From Squalus acanthias (taxonomy: Eukaryota): a DNA stretch of 64,000 bases. Location of the stretch: positions 23,500,001 through 23,564,000 of the forward strand of contig CM059432.1 of assembly GCA_030390025.1 (NCBI GenBank). Reading direction: 5' to 3'. Both the position numbers and the translations under genes were made by a program. The notes beneath the pieces were generated by a model. It saw only the letters and a program-made list of their open reading frames with translations. It did no database searches and was not told the origin of the DNA. Of this stretch, positions 24,955-38,109 are shown piece after piece; the stretch's first letter is position 1; every line of letters begins with the position of its first letter.

Positions 24955-25250
24955 ATTCCTGCTCCTCCAGGTCCCACGAAAATCATTTAAAGCTCATCTT
25001 TCCAGGGCCCCTCTTAGACTCTTTCGCCAGTAAAACTGGTCGGAGAGCGCACGGCACACACTCTGACCAGTTTTTTCTTAAAATATCAATCACGGTCCTG
25101 TGCCTGTCATAGGACCCCGATTTGCATATTACAAAGGACTTAACGTCAGAAACAGTTGGGCACCCAGTGGCCAGCCCTTGTAAAAATAGTGACAGCCAGA
25201 GCCCTTTTTGAAGCCGTTAACACTGATTTTGGTAAGTTTAAATTCGCCCC
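24955..25250. mobile_element. Harbinger-type MITE fragment
   Basis: TCCTGCTCCTCC family motif; TIR-like end TAAATTCGCCCC. Confidence 0.4.
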
Positions 25251-25969
25251 AATGTGTCACCTGCCCCTGCAGACGAAAGCTGGCATCCCCTAACGTGAGT
25301 TATAACCCTTTATGATCGGTTTTCTTCGACAGAACGTGTTTCTATTCACAGCTGGTAATCTCAAGAGGAAAGGAAGCTTTCTTTTCGCACTAGCCAGTTG
25401 AGAAAAATCATTCCTCTGTTCTTTTCTATATTCTATTCTGTTGACCTACCATGATAACGATTAAAGGGGAAAAAAGGAAATAAATATAGAATGCCACAAA
25501 ATTGTCCAATTTGAAACAGAACTGACCTCATTCTGTCATAATTATAAAAAGAACAGTGAATGGCATGAGGTTGCACAGTCTGCGAGAAGTGTCCGTTTAC
25601 CAGCACTGCATACATTCAGTTTGTTCTGTTTTACCTGCAGAGATGTTCATTAACAGCAATGTTGCAAATCATCTTCTGGAAAAATTATGAAACAAACGGC
25701 TCTGGAAGCTTTAATGACTATTTATTTACTGCACTACAATTTCTACAGGTGTCTTCGAGCACCAAGGGGAATTGCGATTCCAGATAATTAACTCCCTGTT
25801 ACATTATAATTCATGCAGGTAACTAGATAAATAGCTCATCCCTGTGATTACAGAGATATATATATTCAAATATAATTCCTCAAAGAAAGTCTTATCCTCA
25901 AGTGTCCCTCCCAGAGATTGCTATCACTGCACAATTTGTGCAAGTCACTGCTTCTCTCTCACAGATCAT

Positions 25970-26180
25970 AGAGTCATTGATTCATCCAGCTCAGAAGGAG
26001 GCTGTTCGGCCCATCTATCCAATTAGTCCCACTCCCCTGCTCTTTCCCCATAGCCATGCAGATTTTTGTTATCCGGTATATATCTAATTCCCTTTTGAAA
26101 GTTATTATTGAATCTGCTTCCACCAGCCTTTCAGGCAGTGCATTCCAGATCATCATAACTCGCTGTGTAAAAAAAAATTC
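25970..26180 (-). mobile_element. CR1 3' fragment, followed by a poly-C run to 26200
   Basis: FFTQRVMMIWNALPERLVEADSIITFKRELD. Confidence 0.85.
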
Positions 26181-27599
26181 TCCCCCCCCCCCCCCCCCCC
26201 GCCAGGCTTTTTCCAATGACCTTAGATGATGCTACATTCTGCTTCCCTTCTTGCGACAATGCTGTGTTGAACACCACATTTATAGAGATCCAATAGAATA
26301 ACTGCAAATGTTGGTAATCAGAAATGCAATCAGAAACTATCGTAAATGCACAGTCGGCCCATCGGCATCTGACAGGGAAAGTTAAGTGAATATTATTTAC
26401 AGAGGGCCTCTTCTTCAGAATGGGTGAAGGGTCCCATTCCAAAAGGCGAGCCTGTCTTTTTTTTTCCCTGCTGACTGGCCTGCTGTGTATTTCGGATCTT
26501 ATTTGTTCAAGCTTTCTGTCCTGTGCTGCTATGAGTAAGTCTTCCAGGTTAGATGCCATTTAAAGCTGTAATACACAGTAAAACCACCATCCAATTTGTC
26601 GTGTCAAACTCATCAGGTACAAATAAATTAGTAAGCAAATCGAATTTATTTTAAAATAGGATTCAATGACAATAATGAAAATGGAGCTTGAAATAAAGCC
26701 TAAAAATGGTGTAAATACACACAAGGACCATTAAAAAAAAAGACAAGTTAATATTGTGGATGGAGTTGCTACATCAGAACTGATCATAAAGAAACTGTCC
26801 ACAAAGCAGGATTTATCCACAATGAGGTGAATCCTAGTACTTATATAATTTGCCTCTATCATGTTTCTGGTCAGGACCTCACTCCTTTCTGATGCCAACT
26901 TCAAATAAATTGTCTGACACATACTAGATACTAACAAAAAAAATGAAATAGGTTATTTAACAGTTACACTCTGGGGCATGTGCCATATTGCCAGGCGTTC
27001 AGACCCAACCTGCTGAATGCCATCTTAACAATACACAGGCTGCACTCAGTAAATGGTTCAGCAAGCCAATTTAAATCAATTCTATTTTATACACAGCAAA
27101 TCCCAAGTTATTAATTGTGGACCTTTGGCTTGCATTGAGTTGGCTAATGTCTGCTAGGATAGCAGTAGGTGCTACACAAATTGGCGTCAGTGTTCCCGGT
27201 GAGGGTGGGGAGGTGGTGGAGGTGGGGGGAGGGTTGGGGGAGATGGAGGAGTCGAGAATTCCTGTTATAAATGTTCTGGGTATCAACCCGTTTAGCCTGG
27301 CCCATTGTCCCAGGGTTCGCAGATAAAGGGATAATTTCAAATATAGCTTTTTTAAAAAATAAATCAATTAATATCTTCCCTTTGAAACATATTATGGATT
27401 CTGCTTCCATGTCCTGTCCATCTTCTGCAAAAAAAATTCTCCACCCTCACCCTTTGCTTTTTGTTGATGATCTTAAAGTTATCCCCTGTAGTTAGTGACT
27501 CACCAACAAGTTTTTCCCGATCACGTTATCGAAACCTGTCATAATTTTAAATACCTCCATTAGATCGTCTCTTAACTTTCTTGTTCTACAACATGAACT

Positions 27600-29600
27600 T
27601 GCTTTAATATTGTGCATTTAAATCTAGGAAAATGCCCCAAGGTGCTTCACAGGAGTATTATCTGACAAAATTTGAGACCTAGCCACATAAGAAGATATTA
27701 GGACAGGTGACGAGGTAGGTTTTAACAAGCATCCTAGAAGAGAGAGAAGTAGGGAGGCGGAGAGGTTTAGGGAGGGAATTCCAGAGCTAAAGGCCTAGAC
27801 AGCTCAAGGCAAGGCCACCAGTGGTGGGGCGAGGGAAGTCAGGAATGTAAAAGAGGCCAGAATTGGAGGAATGCTGCATTCTCGGAGTGTTGTGGGGCCG
27901 AAGAAGGTTACAGAGATAGGAAGGGTGAGGCCATGGAGGAATTTAAACACAAGGATGAGAGTTTCAAAATCGAGGTGTTTGTGGATCGGCAGCCAATGTA
28001 GGTCAGCGAGCACAGGGGTGATGAGTGAACGGGACTTGGGGCGAGTTAGGATATGGGCAGCTGAGTTTTGGATGCGCTCAAGTTTATGGAGGCCGGCTGG
28101 GAGAGCAGTGGAATAGTCATGTGTGGAGGTAACAAAAGGATGGAAAGGATTTCAGCACGAGTTGCGCTGAGGCAGGTGTAGAGATGGGCAATATTACATA
28201 GATGGAAGTAGGCGGTCTTGGTGATGGAGAGGATATGGGATTGGAAGTTCATCTCAGGGTCAATTGTGAACAGTCTGGGATAGCCTGAGACAGTGGCCAG
28301 GGAGATGGATGGAATTGGCGGCTAGGGCGGGGGCCGAAGACAATGGGGGAAACATTCGGTTGTTTAGCGCCTCCGGGGGGCGCTAACGGGGTGCTAGGAA
28401 CTTGGCACCTGAGCACGGCGATTTTAGCGCCGCTCGCGAAACTGACCAGTTGTTTTGCGGCGGCGCTAAACACTACTGCCACGATCTCCTGCGCCCGCAG
28501 ATCGTGACGTTAGTCGAGCGTGCAACGCCCCGGTAGCACCCCAGACCGGATATTGAGTCACGCCCTCTGCCTTAGCGCCTGCCGCTAGGAATGACAGGTA
28601 GAGGGGAACGTTTTCAAGTCGGGAAGGGGCTGGGGGAGCGCTATTTAACGGCGGGTGCTTCCTGCCTTTTTTTGTCGGCAAAATTTTTGGTACACGCAGG
28701 TAGAGAGGGAGAGAGACGTCTGGAAAGATTTAACGCTGTCCTAAGGAGTTTTGGCCCTCAGCACCACTTTTGAGGTTCCTAAGCACCGAGCTCTTTCCCT
28801 GGGCCTATCCATTAGTGCTTCCAACACAATTGCTTTAGAGGTCTCTCCAGGCCGAGATTCAAGGCTGCAATGAGCAGGGTGTGGCTGGCCAGCAAGATGG
28901 CCTCTTCCCTTTAAGAACTGGACGGCGCCAGTCTGTCTGGCTTCCATGGTAACTGACAGCGCCTGAGCTTCGGTAGCGTTCTGAGGTAGCACCTCGTTCC
29001 CTGACGTTTGCGCCTTAAGAGAGGTGTGTAGTGCCTGATTTAGCGCTCAAATCACCTCCAGGGGCGATAGAGGCGCATTTTGCAGTTGGAGGCGATAATT
29101 AGTTAAACTTTGCGCCCGACCGATATTAGTGCCCCAAAATGGGCGATACCCAATTTTTCACCCAATGGCTTTGGTCTTCCCAATGTTTAATTGGAGGAAA
29201 TTTCTGCTCATCTAATACAGGTTGTCGGACAAGCAACGTGAAAAATCATAGGCAGTGAAAGGGTCGATACAGGTGGTGGTGAGGTAGAGTTGGGTGTTGT
29301 CCGTGTATGAAATCTGACGTGTTTTTGGATGATGTTGTCGAGGGGCATCATATAAATGAGAAATAGGAGTGGGCTAATTATTGAACCTTGGGGGACTCCA
29401 GAGGTAACGGTGCGGGAGTGGGGAGCGAAGCCATTGCAGGAGACTCTGGCTATGACTGGAGCGATAAGAATGGAACCAGATGAGGGCAGTCCCACTCATT
29501 TGGGCAACGGAGGAGAGGTATTGGAGGAGGATGGTGTAGTCAACTGTGTTGAAGCCTATAGACAGGTCGAAAAGGATGAGATGGGGACGTGCATCATGGT
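27600..29600 (-). mobile_element. L2-clade LINE remnant, split by a MITE
   Basis: [61 protein letters not shown]. Confidence 0.85.
28345..29163. mobile_element. Harbinger-type MITE inserted in the L2
   Basis: TIRs GGGGGAAACATTCGGT / ACCCAATTTTTCACCC; perfect 3-bp TSD AAT; CpG-rich. Confidence 0.85.
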
Positions 29601-31069
29601 CACAGTTACTTGGAGTCATGCTTACAAGTTACTTAAGGGAAGAGCTAGGTTGGATATTCTTTTTTTCCCAGAAAATAGTGGACCTGTGGAACTGGTTGCT
29701 GGCTTGTGCAGGGAACCTTGATTCGCTGTATTCCCTCAAGAGAGAGCTGGATCTGTTTCTGGCTGAGATAGAGATCACCTTCTATAAGAGGTAGGTACCC
29801 TGCAATATAAATCAGGGTTAATAAGATCTGCTGGACTAGTTTTGATCGCTTAAAGGGGTTGGAGATGAATTTTCCAGATTTTTTCCCGCTAATGGGCCTG
29901 GGTTTTTATGATTTTTTTGCCTCTCCCAGGGGATTTCATGGCTCCGGGTGGGTAGGGAGTGTCTGGAGCACAACTGTATTGGACAGGCTCGATGGACCAG
30001 TGGGTCCTTTTTTCAAGTTCAACCACTTTCTTCAGTATTCCTTCCTTATCTATGGTTATCCCATCAAATTGTTCCATCTCTTCCATCCTTTCTGATTACA
30101 ACATTCTTCATGAAAACCGAGGAAAAATACTCCGCCATTGCTTCATCCTTCCAAAGATTTCCTTTTTCATCTCTAATCAGCCCTAGTATGTAATTATTTT
30201 ACTTCTTGGGTGTCTCAAGCCCCGCACTTCAGCACATACACTAAGTGGACAATTACCGCACTACTGACAGAGTGCTGCATTGCCAGAGTACCAGTGTCAG
30301 AGATGCTGTGCTTCAATAAGATGTTTAAGCTTCGATAAACATCTGCTCACATGTTTGGGTGGACGTTATATACCCTGTGTCACTACTGCAAGAAAAGTTC
30401 TCCCAATGTCCGAGCCAATATTGCTCCCTCATCCAATACCAGCAAAGTCATTTATCTCATTGTTGTTTCCAGGATGTTGCTGTTTCAGAATGGAATGGCA
30501 GCCTTGTTTGCTAAAAAACAACAGACGCTGCATTCCAAAAGCAATTCACTGTGTGAAGGTTTGAGATGTGATAATAAGTTGCTATCTAAGAGCAAGTCCG
30601 TAATCTTTCCATTATGCTGTGGTACCAAGCAACCCTGAGGGTAATACAATGCTCCTTTTGTAAGCATATGTCGTTTACATCCTCTGAATGATCATGAGGC
30701 TGTTTGGATTGTTTCCAACTTACCCATTTTATCTAAATTCTGATCTTTGGTTGAAACATTTTATCAAGTACTACACTCTTTTAATGTTTTTCCTCTTCAA
30801 TCTCCTCCCCTAACCTTTATATCTGGCAGAGTGTTATGGTAGCTCAGTTGTTTGTATTTGTGCTAGTCTGAATTTGACCAATTTTTAATGATTCTATGCT
30901 GGAGAAATGCAGTGAGATTATGTTATGGCATTTTGTGCCTGTAGTACATTGACAATTGGGTGGGCGGGTAGTCTCTTATAGGGAAGACACGTATACGTTT
31001 CCCAAGGTTAAGACAGAGTGCAAATCAAATCATGGAAACCAAAACAAGAGGATTGTGAGTAAGTGTATA

Positions 31070-31375
31070 AGACCCGCGACCTCTTCCACCTCGAAGGACA
31101 AGGGCAGCAGGCGCATGGGAACACCACCACCTCCAAGTTCCCCTCCAAGTCACACACCATCCTGACTTAGAAGTATATCGCCGTTCCTTCATCGTCGTTG
31201 GGTCAAAATCCTGGAACTTCCTCCCTAACAGCACTGTGGGAGTACCTTCACCACACGGACTGCAGTGGTTCAATTAGGCGGCTCACCACCACTTTCTCAA
31301 GGGCAATTAGGGATGGGCAATAAATGCTGGCATTGTCAGCGACGCCCACGTCCCATAAACGAATTAAAAAAAAAA
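31070..31375 (+). mobile_element. 3' end of the second CR1-group LINE
   Basis: Near-identical to 21250-21558, ends in poly(A). Confidence 0.9.
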
Positions 31376-31639
31376 GACCTATTTATAGCTCACTGGTGAA
31401 GGTAACCTCCTGACTCACAACTGAGATATGTGGTTGACCTTGGCAGTGAAATAGAGGCTGAACACTGGGAATACAATCGGGTAAATTCACCGATCCTGTG
31501 CTCCGAGTGGTAATTATGTTCAGAGTAAGGTCAGAGAATCGGCGCTACAGTGTAGTGTCTCTATCCAAGACGTGTCCTCCCTTTGACTATAGCTCCCTGC
31601 TGGCAGTGCAGAATCGGTGTACATTTTTTAAATACCTTT

Positions 31640-31860
31640 CTTCTAAATCCTCCCTTCTCCCTTGGAGATGTTGACTTATGCTGCGATACAGTTCTGTGGG
31701 TGCCAGCTATTATCCAGTATCCTTGCAAGTTCTTCATTCTTCATCTGTGAGCCTAGATAATGTGTCACCAGACTATTTGACTGTGGGGCATCACAGCCTA
31801 GAAGTATCCAGTGCAAATGCAGCAGCCCGAGCAGCACCCTGGCTGAGATCAGCTGAATGA
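31640..31860 (-). mobile_element. Old SINE-like repeat fragment
   Basis: ATTCTTCATCTGTGAGCCTAGA...CTATTTGAC...CCCTGGCTGAGATCAGCT (reverse complement of family motifs). Confidence 0.5.
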
Positions 31861-32829
31861 AAAACTGAGTCCCCAGCACAAATCCTTGAGAAACACCACT
31901 TGTTGCATCCCACCAATCGGAGAACATTCCCTTTATCCCTACTCACTGTGTCCTCCCTCCTAACCAATTACAAGTTCATGAGAGAAATATAAATATGAAT
32001 TTTTATGCAAGTGCTTAAATTGAGTAGGCCCTACTGAAGGAAGGTGATGTGGTGTGTAGTGAATTTTAGATGTTCACAGAAGGTGTGGCTACTATCTGTC
32101 ACTGGTTACTGGGACTACTTTATTTGGATCAGTTTAATCTGCTGTGCATTGATGGCAGTGTGATTGCTAGGGGAACACTGTGAACTCGCACAACACATGT
32201 GTGAAGAGGAAACACTTGTTGGAAACATTTATGCACATTAAGTTCTCTGATGGCTCATGTGGTAACTGTATCATACGGTATGGTAACAAACCATACTAAC
32301 TAGGATCTTGTCATTTATTTTTAGGGCAGGTTGAGTCCCTTTTGGAGAGCGCGAGAGAATTTGGGATAAAAAAAAACATTTTCGGGGCACCCTGTGCCGT
32401 TCCATGGACTGGCTGGATGCACGTGTGTGCCCATTACTGCCACATAAAGACTTCACAGTCACAACCCTACTGCTGTGCAGAGATGCCAAGTAGAATCTGG
32501 GTACAGTCCCTTAAGGATGAAATTTTCGGAGGGCTAGCCAACTGTACAGTTTTTAACCACCTCCAAATGGTCTGGTAACAGGATCTTCTATCAGATCTTT
32601 TGAACCAAAAATAGTGCATGAAGTATGAAAATGTAAAGAAATTATATTTTGAATGAATTAATCAATTTTTGTCTTACTCACGACTCGATGGAAAAAAAAT
32701 GATTTTTTTTCTTTTGCCTAAGAATTTTTGTGCTCATCAAAATGATATGGTAGTTGGTGCTGGATAATGCAACACTTTCCAATTTTAGGCACCAATATCA
32801 GGATTATTAATTCCAGAGTGCGGGACTGA

Positions 32830-34080
32830 GGTGGCTAATGGCGCGGCCGCCAGTGTTTAGGCGAGGGACGTGCAGGGAATGGGCTGTCGGAGAATCAGAG
32901 AATTCGGGGTAGTGCTGCGGGAGGTTGCACAGATAGGAAGGGGTGAGGCCATGAAGGGATTTAAACACTAGGATGAAGCATTGGGATTGCGGGAATCAAT
33001 ACAGGGCAGCTTTGATGGGCAAGAAGAACTTGGTGCAAGATAGGATATGGATGGGAGAGTCTTGGATGAGCTGAAGTTTACCAAGGATGCAAGATGGGCA
33101 GCTGGTCAGGAGAACATTTGAATAGTTGAGTATGAATGTGACAAATGCATGGATGAGGGTTTTAGTAGCAAATGAGCTAAGGTAGGGGTGGAGGCGGGTA
33201 ATGCTACGGAGGTGGCAGTAGGCACTCCCTGTGATTGAGAGGATATGGTGTTGGTGTTCAGCTCAGGTTAAATAAGATATCAAGGTTATAGACAGTCTGG
33301 TTCAGCCTGAAACAGTGGCAGAGGAAGGGAATTGGAGTCAGTGTCAAGGGGGTAGAGTTTCTGGCGGTGGAGAGGTAGAGCTGAATGACATCAACAGCTA
33401 TGCGGAAGCTCACCCTGGGTCTATGCATGATGTCATCACGGGCCAATATGTGGAGGAGAAGAGGAGGGAAACATAAATGGATCTTTGAGCACTCCCAAGG
33501 TGGTGATGTAGGGTGAGGTCAGGAGTTAGGGTGAAATGCTTTGGCTACAATCGGATGGGTAGAACCAAGTAAGGACAATCCTGTGGAGCTGGTTAATGGA
33601 GGAGAGGCATTGGAGGGGGATGGTGTGTTTGGCCATGTCAAAAGCTGCAGAGAGGTGGAGGAGTGCAAAGAGGGATAATCCTTGTCACAGAAAATGTTGT
33701 TTGTGACTTCAGTTAGGACTATTTCAGTGCTGTGGTAGAGGCGAGAACCCGATTATAAAGATTTAAGCAGAGTTATGGGAGAGATGGGCAATAACTAGGG
33801 AGGCAACAACACGGTTAAGATCTTTGGAGAAGAAAAGCGGGTTAGAGATGAGACAGCAGTTTGCAATAACAGAGGAGTTGATTGTCGTTTTTTGAGGAGG
33901 GGAATGATGATGGTGGTTCTGGGCAGGAGGGGCAATGGTTCTTGAGGAGAGGGACCCATTTACAATGTCAGCCAGCATGGGGGCCAGGAAGGGAATCTGG
34001 ATTGTCAGAAGCTTATTGGGATTGGGGTTGAGGGAGCAAGAGCTGGGTCTTATGATGGAGATGAGCTTGGAGAGGTGATG
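32830..34080 (-). mobile_element. Decayed L2 LINE
   Basis: Similar to 27600-29600; LADIVNGSLSS...ISNPLFFSKDLNRVVA. Confidence 0.7.
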
Positions 34081-35384
34081 AAGATATATCCATTACCCTC
34101 TATGTATTCATTCCTGTGCTGCAGCAGACTTGGAAACACATAATGCAATCTGATAGAGCTACTGCTGTTATGCAGCAGTCACCTAGACCCTCCTGACTTG
34201 CCCTAAAATATTTTCATTGCTATACCCATGATTTACTGTAACCTTGAAGGCTAATACTCAAGAGCTTGAGAGAGGCTGTTGTTGGCATAATTACAATGCA
34301 TCTCTTTCATTGCTACAGTACAGTGCCTGCGAGCTTTCATCATAGTTCAGAGAAATGGATTGCTGTTGAACTCTAATTGCGATCACTGAGGCAGACTGAA
34401 GATTGTTTAAAAAATTGCTGCAATATTCCACATAACCTGTGGCTCAATGTAACATTCATCTAAACCACTTGCGTATAAAATGGTGGAAATGAGTCACTTC
34501 TGTTGCGAGCAATTTTGTTTTAGGGTTTGCACTCTGCATCTTGGCAACTTTAGTCTTTTACTGTTTTGCTGATATGTGAGATGGAGGGGCAGAATAGATC
34601 CAGGAGATGGAGGACTGAGAAGAGAGCTGGTGGGATAGAATCAGAAAATAGCAAAGTGCAAAGCTGCAGTGAAGGGAAAGGATAGAATCCGGCATTGAAG
34701 AGGCTATGAGGGTGGCTTGGAAGACGACGAGTTTGGAAATGGCATATAGCGAGAGGAAAACTGGGAGATGACATGGGTAATAAACAGATGAAGAAAGACA
34801 TAAGGATGACAAATAAATAGAAAAAGACTAAATAGGAATAAAAGAAGCGGAAACTATTGAAGAAAAAAAAGTGTCAAGAAAGGAAAAAGCAAAATCAAGT
34901 AGCTTAGTAAAAAGGAGAATTAAGAAATAAAGTAAAAAGGGAATAGATAGAGAAAACAAGAATAAAAGAATGGGAGAATTTAGTTAACGGAAGTTTTTTT
35001 TCTTAACAATGAGGAAGATTTTTCATTAGAAAATGAGATCCACAGAGACGGTCTTCATTGTGAATAGATGCTCTCCTGTCTGCCAATTACTGTCTTTTTC
35101 AACAGAAATCAGAACTGACTTATGTTTATGCAGCACCAGTCACACAAAGTGCCTTGTCTTTGCACAAGATGTTCTCATCTCAATTCCCAATTTTGACCAC
35201 TAATGTCATTAACTGTATTTGAAAGGCAAGGGAAATCTTAACTGATTATATTTCAAAGCAACTTCCTAAAAAGGATTGTTACAGGAACCATCTATATGTG
35301 TAAGTCCCGTCACTATCCTTTATGAATCTTGTCTCTTTGAACCACGGATCATTTACAGAGAAGGCAAACAACTTTAGATTGCCT

Positions 35385-35972
35385 GTAATAACAACAGAAA
35401 ATGCTGGAAACACTCAGCAGGCCAGGCAGCATCCGTGGAGAGAGAAACCGAGTTAACGTTTCAGGTCTGTGACCCTTCGTCAGAACTGGAAAAAGGTTAG
35501 GGATGTAACAGGTTTTAAGCAGGTGCAGCGGCGGGGCAGGGGAGGAAGGAATTAAAAGGACAGTCTGTGCTAGGGTGGAGGCAGGAGAGATTAAATGTTG
35601 CAAATGAGGAGGATGGCAGAATCACCTACAGCGGCGGCCTGAAAAAATGGGGGCACGGGTTATAGTCTGAAATTGTTGAACTCAATGTTGAGTCTAGAAG
35701 GCTGCAAAGTGCCTAATCGAAAGATGAGGTGCTGTTCCTCGAGCTTGCGTTGAGCTTCATTGGAACAGTGTAAGAGGCCGAGGTCAGAGTGGGAGTGGAG
35801 TGGAGAATTAAAGCGACCGGAAGCTTGGGGTCACCCTTACAGATTGAACGGAGGTGTTCCGCAAAGTGGTCACCCAATCGGCATTTGGTCTCCCCAATGT
35901 AGAGGAGACCGCATCGTGAGCATCGAATACCGTATACTCTGTTGTTATTTCAGATTTCCAGCATCCGCAGTA
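35385..35972 (-). mobile_element. Penelope-like element 3' remnant (GIY-YIG endonuclease end + pseudo-LTR, short inverted pLTR piece)
   Basis: Minus-strand RCSRCGLLYIGETKCRLGDHFAEHLRS and RKLEEQHLIFRLGTLQPSRLNIEFNNF; AACAACAGAAAATGCTGGAAA mirrored by CTGTTGTT...TTTCCAGCAT pieces at ~35939-35964. Confidence 0.85.
35451..35487 (-). ncRNA. Minimal type I hammerhead ribozyme motif
   Basis: AGUU-CUGACGA-A-GGGUC-ACA-GACCU-GAAA-CG-UU-AACU: core boxes, stems I and II pair, palindromic stem III. Confidence 0.75.
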
Positions 35973-35977
35973 CTGTG

Positions 35978-36059
35978 TTTAGATTGCCTGTGCAGTATTT
36001 TGCTATTGTATTTAGATTGCCTGTGCAGTATTTCGCTATTGTATTTAGATTGCCTGTGC
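35978..36059. repeat. 33-bp tandem repeat, ~2.5 copies
   Basis: TTTAGATTGCCTGTGCAGTATTTYGCTATTGTA repeated. Confidence 0.9.
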
Positions 36060-37121
36060 TGTGGCGAACAGGAGGCGTATTATGTAGGCTAACTGGTTTC
36101 AATGGGTGTAAGAGAAACAAAGCAGGAGCTGAATGTGAGATGAATCCAAACATCTGAGCTTGTTGCATCCAGTGAAGGTGAATGGTGATGACAGTCTATC
36201 TTTATGTCACTCATTTGCTCTTTAACTTGGTTGAATGGTCGCAAAATAACCTTGTGACTGCATCCACTTTCAGGCCAACTAACAAAGTAATTTTTTTGGT
36301 CACTCGATTAACAACTCTATAAAGTATCTCGACATGCTTTTTGTCCCCCTCAATTTTCTCCACTCTTCGACTTTTAATTACTGGTTACTGAGGTATTTAC
36401 TTCCTGTCTGATGAGATTAATCAGTTGCTTGGAATCCTTTTTGTGAAATCGTTATGCGAGTAATGCAAGGAAGAAATCAGCTGTCGATAAAACCATTAAA
36501 AAAAAAACACCAGAAGAAATGTTTCGAAAGGCTCTGGACAAATCACTGAAGTTTAAGCAATTTTTCTTAAATGATGGCACATAACTCTGTTGTTTCGGTC
36601 CTGGAGCATGGTGTGGATTGTTGTACAGGTCATTATTTAGGGCTGCCATTTCACTCTGAAATGCAGAACAGATTTTAAATGCACATTTTTTGCATTTTTG
36701 AAGGGTTGTATGGTCATGGGTTTAAATGTTGTTACCAGCTTCATGACCAAAAATAAACTCCCATTTCCTAACACAGGATATGCAAGAAACCTTAATAGTG
36801 ATTTCTTGTGTAAGTTGCCGCAATGCTGTACCTGCCATTGTACAAAAGTGATTTTATGTTAGTAAATGTTTTCTATCTATATTAATATCAGGTATGTCGC
36901 TTCCATAGCTGATGCTCAGTCCTTTTTCTGAACCGGATAAAATCTCTTTCCAAGTACTTTTTTCTTTGAGGGTGCATGACCTTTGATGACAGTATTTTAT
37001 TCTCTTCTTTCCCCTTATTGTGTTTCTTTTGCACTCAACTGACTATTTATTATATTGTACCAGCTGCGCATTGTTTTGAAGAGCTGTCAACATAGGACAA
37101 ATATGAAGTGTGAGATTTTCA

Positions 37122-37790
37122 AGCGGTGAAGAAGGCAAATGGTATGTTGGCCTTCATAGCGAGAGGGTTCGAGTACAGGAACAGGGATGTCCTGCTGCAG
37201 TTGTACAGGGCCTTGGTGAGACCACACCTTGAGTACTGTGTGCAGTTTTGGTCGCCTTATCTGAGGAAGGATGTTCTTGCCGTGGAAGGAGTTCAGCGAA
37301 GATTCACAAGGCTGATACCTGGGATGGCAGGAATGACATATGAGGAGAGATTGGGTCGATTGGGCTTATACTCACTGGAGTATAGAAGAATGAGAGGGGA
37401 TCTCATCGAAACATATAAAATTCTGACAGGTCTGGACAAACTAGATGCAGGAAGAATGTTCCCGATGGTCGGAGAGTCCAGAACCAGGGGTCATAATCTA
37501 CGGATAACGGGTAAACCATTTAGGACAGAACTGAGGAAGAATTTCTTCACCCAGAGAGTGGTGAACATGTGGAATTCTCTACCACAGAAGGTAGTTGAGG
37601 CGAAGTCATTAAATATATTCAAGGATGAGTTAGATATATTTCTTAAAGCTAAAGGTATCAAGGGATATGGGGAGAAGGCAGGTACAGGGTACTGAGTTTA
37701 GATGATCAGCCATGATCTCATCGAATGGCGGAGCAGGCTCGAGGGGCCGAATGGCCTACTCCTGCTCCTATCTTCTATGTCTATGTCTAT
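37122..37790 (+). mobile_element. CR1 3' end with an open ORF2 C-terminus (young subfamily, like 611-2960)
   Basis: 189-aa uninterrupted ORF ending GYGEKAGTGY; (CTATGT)n tail. Confidence 0.95.
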
Positions 37791-38109
37791 ATATACTTGA
37801 GGCATCACCTCAGATCAACGAGACAAAGAAAGTTAAAAGTTGCAGGCTGGGTTCATCACATGGGCCACAAGGTATGGTCAAGTGGCATAACGTACTTGTC
37901 TTCTGTCCTCTCTTTTAAACTAAAGCTGTAAGCTGCTCTGTGTGACAAAAATGGAACACTTTTGTCTCATTTTTAGCTTGGTATTGGCTCCGTTAAATCT
38001 GTCACAGCACTTAAGATGTTAACAATCAGCTTCTCTCCTGCCAGTTTGCTTGAGGAAGGAACCCAGTACCTCAATTCAAAAACAAATCTGTGGGATTTAC
38101 TCAAATATG

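Noticed and set aside
34550..34985. Purine-rich stretch with minus-strand ORFs
   Set aside because: Low-complexity composition explains the ORFs; no domain or splice evidence
35978..36059. CRISPR-like repeat array
   Set aside because: Head-to-tail units with near-identical intervening sequence; eukaryotic context, no cas genes
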